Positions 28,308-33,893 of a stretch of 33,893 nucleotides of DNA are shown here, in pieces. The number at the start of each line of letters is the position of its first letter. The first letter of the stretch is position 1. A program made the translations under genes and the position numbers. The notes under the pieces are model-generated. The model was not told the origin of the DNA. It made no database searches and was given only the letters and a program-made list of their open reading frames with translations. Source of the stretch: an uncultured delta proteobacterium (lineage in GTDB: Bacteria > Desulfobacterota > Syntrophobacteria > BM002); contig CAVQGX010000036.1 in NCBI GenBank assembly GCA_963712115.1, forward strand, positions 1 through 33,893, read 5' to 3'.

Positions 28308-28473
28308 ACTTTAACTAACATACTTTAATCTCCACTTTTCCTCTTAAGACCAAGGCACAATATCTTGGTTTAAACTAAGAGAATGCGGAGTTTTTGGCTC
28401 CGCTTTTTTCTTCTCCACATCTTGTGCCAGCTTAAAACCAGGCGAGTGTGGATTAAGGGATGTAATGTGAAGT
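28308..28473 (+). repeat. Complete A-linker-B unit
   Basis: A core 28315-28329, B core 28452-28466; 152 bp. Confidence 0.93.
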
Positions 28474-28577
28474 TTCCTAAGGAGTTGGGTAGGGCTTCAA
28501 CTCGATCTTATATGTAATCTGGCAACCCATTCTAATATACCCTTTTCATACCTATAAAACCGCGCGAAGTCAGGTAT

Positions 28578-28593
28578 TGGCATGATATATGCT
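28578..28593 (+). promoter_or_regulatory. Probable sigma-54 promoter
   Basis: TGGCAT-GATAT-ATGCT; argues for a start at ATG 28645. Confidence 0.55.
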
Positions 28594-28644
28594 AAAATAC
28601 GTGACGTGAGAAGAATTGCGCATCATCGTTACCCGGAAAACCAG

Positions 28645-29736
28645 ATGAAAGGTGAAGAAAAAACAAGAAAGCAACTCCTAGAGGAATTGGTTGTATTGCG
28701 TGAACGGGTAACCGAATTCGAGAAATCAAAATTAGAGAGCAAGCGGGCAGTGCAGAAGTTACGGGAGACTCGGGATTACGCTGAGAGCATTGTGGATACT
28801 GTTCGTGAGCCGCTTGTGGTGCTTGATGCGGACCTGAATGTAATCTCGGCCAACCGTTCCTTCTACGAGACCTTCAAAGTGAAACCTGGGGAGACCGAGG
28901 GACAGCTATTATATGACCTGGGCAACCGAGAGTGGAACATCCCCAAGCTGCGAGAACTTCTGGAAGAGATCCTCCCCGCGCAGACAACCTTCGACAACTT
29001 CGAGGTGGAGCACGAATTCAAGACTATCGGGCGACGAGTAATGCACCTGAACGCTCGACGGATATACAGGGAGACCAACGAGACCCATTCGATTCTTCTC
29101 GCCATCGAGGATATGACCGAGCGCAAGCGAGCGGAGAAAGAAATTCATGACTTAGCTTATTACGACGGTGTGACACGTCTACCAAACCGCCAACTGTTTA
29201 GAGAGCATTTGAGCCGCGCGCTGGCTTATGCTGAGCGTCATAAACGTTTGCTGGCGGTACTATTTCTTGATCTCGACCATTTCAAGCAAATCAACGATAC
29301 GCTCGGCCACCATGTGGGTGACTTGCTGCTTCGGTGTGTAGCCGATCGATTGAAAAAAATCCTCCGCAAAAGTGACATCATTGCCCGTCATGAGGCTGAG
29401 GACTCAATTAGCTATGTATCACGTTTTGGTGGCGATGAGTTTGTCTTACTACTCACGGATCTTAAACAGCCTCATGATGCAGGTAACGTGGCACAGCGCG
29501 CCCTCTACGAACTCTCCAAAGCATATGTGCTGGAAAAGCGCGAGATTTTTGTCAGCAGCAGTATTGGAATTAGCTTGTATCCCTCAGACGGGAAGGACGT
29601 TAACACGTTGATTAAAAATGCCGACGCGGCAATGTATCACGCGAAGAACCAGGGGAGAAATAATTTCCAGTTTTATGCTGGCTACATGAACACCACTATT
29701 TCTCGAAGACTTACTCTGGACAGTGTTTTGGGTTAG
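28645..29736 (+). CDS. PAS-GGDEF diguanylate cyclase
   Basis: Coiled coil, PAS, LPNR, DLDHFKQIND.LGH..GD, RFGGDEF, ADAAMY.AK..GRN. Confidence 0.92.
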   Translation: MKGEEKTRKQLLEELVVLRERVTEFEKSKLESKRAVQKLRETRDYAESIVDTVREPLVVLDADLNVISANRSFYETFKVKPGETEGQLLYDLGNREWNIPKLRELLEEILPAQTTFDNFEVEHEFKTIGRRVMHLNARRIYRETNETHSILLAIEDMTERKRAEKEIHDLAYYDGVTRLPNRQLFREHLSRALAYAERHKRLLAVLFLDLDHFKQINDTLGHHVGDLLLRCVADRLKKILRKSDIIARHEAEDSISYVSRFGGDEFVLLLTDLKQPHDAGNVAQRALYELSKAYVLEKREIFVSSSIGISLYPSDGKDVNTLIKNADAAMYHAKNQGRNNFQFYAGYMNTTISRRLTLDSVLG

Positions 29737-29850
29737 GCGCTCGAGCATGCTGAGTTAACGCGTTATTACCAACCACAACTACACATCAACTCTGACAAAA
29801 TAGTCGGCACTGAGGCACTGATACGCTGGCGGCATCCGGAACTGGGATGA
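29737..29850 (+). pseudogene. Truncated EAL-domain remnant
   Basis: In frame after the TAG: ALEHAELTRYYQPQ...IVGTEALIRWRHPELG-stop. Confidence 0.85.
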
Positions 29851-29977
29851 AGCGATCGGTGGTCGGACCACACTAAGTGTTGAACATTAAATAAAATAGC
29901 GAAAGAATTAACCCGAATATTGGCCTTAAAATGGTACTTTGGGGGGCAAAAAAGCCGTTTAAGCAGTGAAAATCCCG

Positions 29978-30087
29978 ATTGTGGATTACATACTTTAATC
30001 TAAACTTAACCTCCTGATATCCAGCTACCATATGTAGCCCCGATATTTCATGAATCACCTGCTGCGGGGCTTCGGCTCCGCTTTTTT
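29978..30087 (+). repeat. A-type site A8 with variant linker (right end of array)
   Basis: TGTGGATTA-CATACTT-TAATCTAAACT (core 29985-29999); hairpin gcggggcttcggctccgctttttt. Confidence 0.88.
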
Positions 30088-30099
30088 ATTTCAAAAAGC

Positions 30100-30485
30100 A
30101 AAGAATCCAGTAGCCAGTAGTTGAAATGAACTCAATTTTGATTTCTTCTATTCTGTATTCTGTCTCCTGACTTCTTGATTTTAAATCCGCAATCCGCAAT
30201 CCCCAATCTAAAATCTACAATCTGCCTTCCGACCTCCGACCTCTTTCTTCTTTCCCCGTCTCGCCCGACCTCCCGTCTCGCTCGTCTCGCCTCTAACAAC
30301 AAATGACAGCAAAGCGTAATGACCTAATGACGCCGAAGGCAAATGACGCGAAGCCCAATGACAGCGAAGCCGAAGTGACCCAAATCGCCCTGAGCCTTGC
30401 GCCTTGAGCCCTGCGCCTCTCCTCAATCCCAAATCCGAAATCCGAGATCCGAGATCCGCAATCCCAAACTGCCCCATGCTCTATG
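30100..30485 (+). repeat. Mosaic heptamer tract with ATGAC-hairpin array (30296-30379)
   Basis: aatccgc, ccgacct, cgtctcg, gcgcctt and gatccga units. Confidence 0.85.
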
Positions 30486-30558
30486 CCTTCACTTGGGACG
30501 AATCTTGCATAAATTCAATGACAAAGTGGCGTCCCATCTCACAGGATGGAAAGAGATT

Positions 30559-31563
30559 ATGGCAGGGCAGCTTTATAGGGTAGTTTTTGAAGGAGAGATC
30601 CTCGAGGGGAGTCAAGTTCAAGAGGTGAAAAGAGCTTTGGCTAAGCTGTACAATACCAGAGAGGATCAAGTTGAGCGGTTTTTTTCCGGCAAGCGGCTCG
30701 CGGTTAAAAAGGATGTGGATTATGAGACAGCCATGAAGTACGTGAAGGCCTTTGAGCGAGCAGGCGCCGTGTGCAGAATAGAGGAACTTGAGACTCATAC
30801 CGGACTAGAGCAGCCCCTGGTGCTCGAAAAGGACACAGAAAAACCCAGCCAGCAGGACGACGTTATGGTCTGTCCTAAATGCCAGTTTGAACAGGCGCTC
30901 TCAGAAGAATGCCTGCGCTGCGGTATCATCATAAGTAAGTATTCTGAAGGAGTTAATGCACCAGAGAGTAAGAGAAAAGAGGAAGGTTTTGGGGTACAGC
31001 CAGAACAAAAAAGCTTGAAATTACTAGCAATCTCCATCGCCTCCCTTGTGGTTTTCCTTGCTATTGGTTTCTATTATTTCTCTGGTACGCCACGATATTC
31101 ACTTTATAAAATATCTCGGGCCGTCAAAAACCATGATAGCGGTGAGTTCCATAAATATGTGGATGTCGATAGAATAGTAGATCATCTTGCAAAATTTGCT
31201 GTCCAAAAAGTTGTCGCAGAAATGGAAAAAGAGGAGCCAACAGGTGATTGGGGAAGACCTGGTCAGAAATTTGACAAGGGGCTAGCCATGATGATGTTGC
31301 CTACAATGATAGAAGCTATGAAGCCGCAAATTAAACAAGCAATCACAGAGTTCATTGAAGACACGGACGATGAGAGGGAGGGTTCCCCTTTGCTTGGGGC
31401 CACTTTAGCTGACATACAAACAGAAGGCAGCACTTCGCTGGTGACAGTCGAAGACGAAGAAACGGGGAAAGAAATCCGGTTCAAAATGGCAAAGTCGCCA
31501 GATAGGTACTGGAAGATCGTTGAAATAGATTTTGAGAGTTTCGAGGCGCTTTCTCACAATTGA
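30559..31563 (+). CDS. Membrane protein with Zn-ribbon and DUF2939-like C-terminal domain
   Basis: CPKC...CLRC, TM, TPRYSL....AV...D...F..YVD...WKIVEI. Start placed at ATG 30559 because the upstream extension is repeat-derived. Confidence 0.75.
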   Translation: MAGQLYRVVFEGEILEGSQVQEVKRALAKLYNTREDQVERFFSGKRLAVKKDVDYETAMKYVKAFERAGAVCRIEELETHTGLEQPLVLEKDTEKPSQQDDVMVCPKCQFEQALSEECLRCGIIISKYSEGVNAPESKRKEEGFGVQPEQKSLKLLAISIASLVVFLAIGFYYFSGTPRYSLYKISRAVKNHDSGEFHKYVDVDRIVDHLAKFAVQKVVAEMEKEEPTGDWGRPGQKFDKGLAMMMLPTMIEAMKPQIKQAITEFIEDTDDEREGSPLLGATLADIQTEGSTSLVTVEDEETGKEIRFKMAKSPDRYWKIVEIDFESFEALSHN

Positions 31564-31619
31564 AACAAGTAACCTCAGCTTAACCAACCTAATCAGATTA
31601 TCAGCCCATCCTTTAATTC

Positions 31620-31815
31620 CTCAATCCGCAATCCCAAGCACCAAATCTCAAGGTGTCAGGTTTCGGGTGTCAGGTGTCAGGAAAAAGAAAAATAGAGGGT
31701 AGAACCTGAAACCTGAATTCTGTCTCCTGTCTCCTGACTACTTCTTTATGGTGCCTAGTGCCTAGTCCTTAGTGCCTAGTGACTCTCCGACCTCTGACCC
31801 TATGCCCCATGCCTC
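31620..31815 (+). repeat. Mosaic heptamer tract
   Basis: ggtgtca, acctgaa and tagtgcc units; 31750-31810 closely matches 4636-4697. Confidence 0.8.
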
Positions 31816-32050
31816 TGTCCAACCAACAAATCAACAACGTGCCCTTTACACATTTCCATAATTGTCTGTACTTTTTCTTAACTGTCCTACTACTAACCCC
31901 TCGACTTGTCCTAGTCAAACAAGTACAAATAGATCAGGCTAGTGTAGATTCGAGAGTCCGAAAGAGGTAAAACGGAAAGTATATAGCAGTCTGAGGTTGC
32001 AGATCATCAGATGTCCTCTGATCAGAATAAGGTCATGACAGGAGGAAGTT

Positions 32051-32950
32051 ATGGATAAAGAGACGTACTGCAATAGTGAGAGCTTCCGGTTGAAGGTTGG
32101 ACTGGCAGAGATGTTGAAGGGTGGAGTTATCATGGATGTAGTCGATGCCGAACAGGCCAAGATCGCGGAAGATGCCGGTGCCTGCGCTGTAATGGCTCTG
32201 GAGCGTGTTCCGGCTGACATCCGCCGTGATGGCGGTGTGGCCCGCATGTCCGATCCGGAGATGATCGATCGCATCATGAAGGCTGTTTCCATACCGGTAA
32301 TGGCGAAGGTGCGCATCGGCCACTTCGCTGAGGCCCAGATCCTCCAGGAGTTAGGGGTGGATTTTATTGACGAGAGTGAGGTTCTCACCCCCGCCGATCC
32401 TCACAATCACGTGTACAAGTTCGCCTTTAAGACTCCCTTCGTCTGTGGTGCTACCAACCTGGGTGAGGCCTTGCGGAGGATAGGTGAAGGCGCTGCTTTG
32501 ATCCGCACCAAGGGAGAGGCTGGTACCGGCGACGTCATTGAGGCGGTGCGCCACCTGCGTGCCATTAACCAGGAGATGGCGATGATTACTCAGCTTGGCG
32601 ACATGGAATTGATGGCCGAGGCCAAGCGTCTTCAGGCACCCTATGAGCTGGTGCGCTACGTCCATGAGTACGGTAAGCTGCCAGTTCCCAAGTTCACAGC
32701 AGGCGGCATCGCCACCCCGGCGGATGCCTCCATGCTCATGCAGATGGGGGCTGAGTCGGTGTTTGTCGGTTCAGGTATCTTTAAGTCCGAAGACCCCGCC
32801 AGAAGGGCCAAGGCGATCGTCAAGGCGGTAACCTACTACGACCAGCCGGCCGAGCTGCTTAAGATCTCCACTGGACTGGGCTCGGCTATGTCGGGCGTGT
32901 CCGTCGGCGAGTTGACAGAAGAGCAGCGTCTCGCGGTAAGGGGGTGGTAA
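32051..32950 (+). CDS. pdxS: Pyridoxal 5'-phosphate synthase, synthase subunit
   Basis: [56 protein letters not shown]. Confidence 0.98.
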   Translation: MDKETYCNSESFRLKVGLAEMLKGGVIMDVVDAEQAKIAEDAGACAVMALERVPADIRRDGGVARMSDPEMIDRIMKAVSIPVMAKVRIGHFAEAQILQELGVDFIDESEVLTPADPHNHVYKFAFKTPFVCGATNLGEALRRIGEGAALIRTKGEAGTGDVIEAVRHLRAINQEMAMITQLGDMELMAEAKRLQAPYELVRYVHEYGKLPVPKFTAGGIATPADASMLMQMGAESVFVGSGIFKSEDPARRAKAIVKAVTYYDQPAELLKISTGLGSAMSGVSVGELTEEQRLAVRGW

Positions 32951-33531
32951 TCGTGCCCATCGGCATTCTGGCACTGCAGGGAGCAGTGGAGCCCCACCAC
33001 CAAAAGCTGAGGGGCATGGGTGTGGAAACGGTGAGCGTACGTACTGCCGAGGAACTTCGAAGATGTCAAGGCCTGATCATCCCCGGCGGAGAAAGCACAA
33101 CCTTTCTGAAGCTCATTGATGAAAATCGTCTGCGGGAACCTATCGTGACATTCGCCAAAAGACAATCTGTCTGGGGTGTGTGCGCCGGTTCTATCCTAAT
33201 GGCCAAGCACGTGGAAAATCCGCCACAGGAAAGCTTCGGCCTTGTGCCTATCCGGGTGCGTCGCAATGCCTACGGCCGCCAGAACGAGAGTTTTATAGCC
33301 GTATTTAAGCTCAACCTGCCTGGTGGGTCGTCGATTCACCAAGAGGGCGTTTTTATCCGGGCACCACAAGTGGTGGAATGGGAAGACGATGTCACGGTAA
33401 TAGCTAAGTATGAAGACAAACCAGTGGCTCTGCAGTACCGCCAGCACCTTATCACTACCTTCCATCCCGAACTCTCCGAGTCGTTGGCACTGCACCAGTA
33501 CTTCCTTTCCCTTTGCACGTCGGACAAGTGA
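32944..33531 (+). CDS. pdxT: Pyridoxal 5'-phosphate synthase, glutaminase subunit
   Basis: GILALQG, PGGESTT, GVCAG, RNAYGRQ.ESF, FIRAP, FHPE. Start may be GTG 32953. Confidence 0.97.
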   Translation: MVIVPIGILALQGAVEPHHQKLRGMGVETVSVRTAEELRRCQGLIIPGGESTTFLKLIDENRLREPIVTFAKRQSVWGVCAGSILMAKHVENPPQESFGLVPIRVRRNAYGRQNESFIAVFKLNLPGGSSIHQEGVFIRAPQVVEWEDDVTVIAKYEDKPVALQYRQHLITTFHPELSESLALHQYFLSLCTSDK

Positions 33532-33539
33532 CAAAAAGC

Positions 33540-33893
33540 CCTCCGTCCCTCGTCTCGCCTCTGACAACAAATGACAGCGCAGCGTAATGACCTAATGACG
33601 CCGAAGGCAAATGACGCGAAGCCCAATGACAGCGCAGCGTACTGACGGCGCAGCACTAGCTGCCTGTCATCGGTTTAGCCGGTCTCATTCAGCCCTCAGC
33701 TATCAGCGCTCAGCGATCAGCTAAAATCCTGAAATCTACAACCTGTCATCTGATCTCTGACCTCTGACATCTGATCTCCGACCTCCGACCTCTGACCTCT
33801 TTTTCTTTCCCCGTCTCGCCCGACCTCCCGTCTCGCTCGTCTCGCCTCTGACAACAAATGACAGCGCAGCGTAATGACCTAATGACGCCGAAG
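33540..33893 (+). repeat. Two ATGAC-hairpin arrays (33564-33654, 33851-end) and heptamer tract
   Basis: 33778-33893 nearly duplicates 30228-30338. Confidence 0.88.

Noticed and set aside
29734-29736. Pyrrolysine read-through of the TAG into the EAL domain
   Set aside because: The EAL part ends after 37 codons anyway, and no pyl genes are in the window.
7654-30087. A/B repeats as a CRISPR array or classical integron
   Set aside because: Intervals are gene-sized, there are no cas or intI genes, and the sites lack RYYYAAC/GTTRRRY boxes.
31939-33656. Antisense and overlapping ORFs over pdxST and other long genes
   Set aside because: Shadow frames of confidently identified genes.

Overview
A 33.9-kb bacterial window; gene content, many sigma-54 promoters and the repeat style suggest Desulfobacterota or a related deltaproteobacterium (inference). 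The flanks (1-~7.4 kb and ~30.1-33.9 kb) carry ordinary genes: a Kef-type K+/H+ antiporter, Slp lipoprotein, alpha/beta hydrolase, CBM48 protein, DUF2939-like protein and pdxST. Most of these are separated by low-complexity heptamer tracts and arrays of ATGAC + GCGNAGC mini-hairpins. The centre (~7.65-30.1 kb) is a string of unrelated, mostly single-gene modules: SMR exporter, PLP aminotransferase, atypical FabH, LysM, FHA, caspase-TPR, three PilZ proteins, NlpC/P60, adenylate cyclase-TPR, Cache, Deg protease and GGDEF. They are punctuated by at least 17 copies of a ~29-bp palindromic site, arm-ATTA-N7-TAAT-arm. The site comes in two classes with invariant 7-bp spacers (A = CATACTT, 8 copies; B = AGGGATG, 9 copies), each class always in one orientation and often paired as a ~150-bp A-linker-B unit. 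This resembles a tyrosine-recombinase gene-cassette array unlike attC or dif, but no such recombinase is in the window, so the function is inferred. An IS1111-type IS110 element has inserted precisely into one B site, and its 3' non-coding region has readable bridge/seek-RNA guides matching that site. Also seen: a candidate sigma-54 structured sRNA, an unannotated 43-aa CCCCC peptide, two thermonuclease 3' remnants, a truncated EAL remnant and a degenerate attC-like site.
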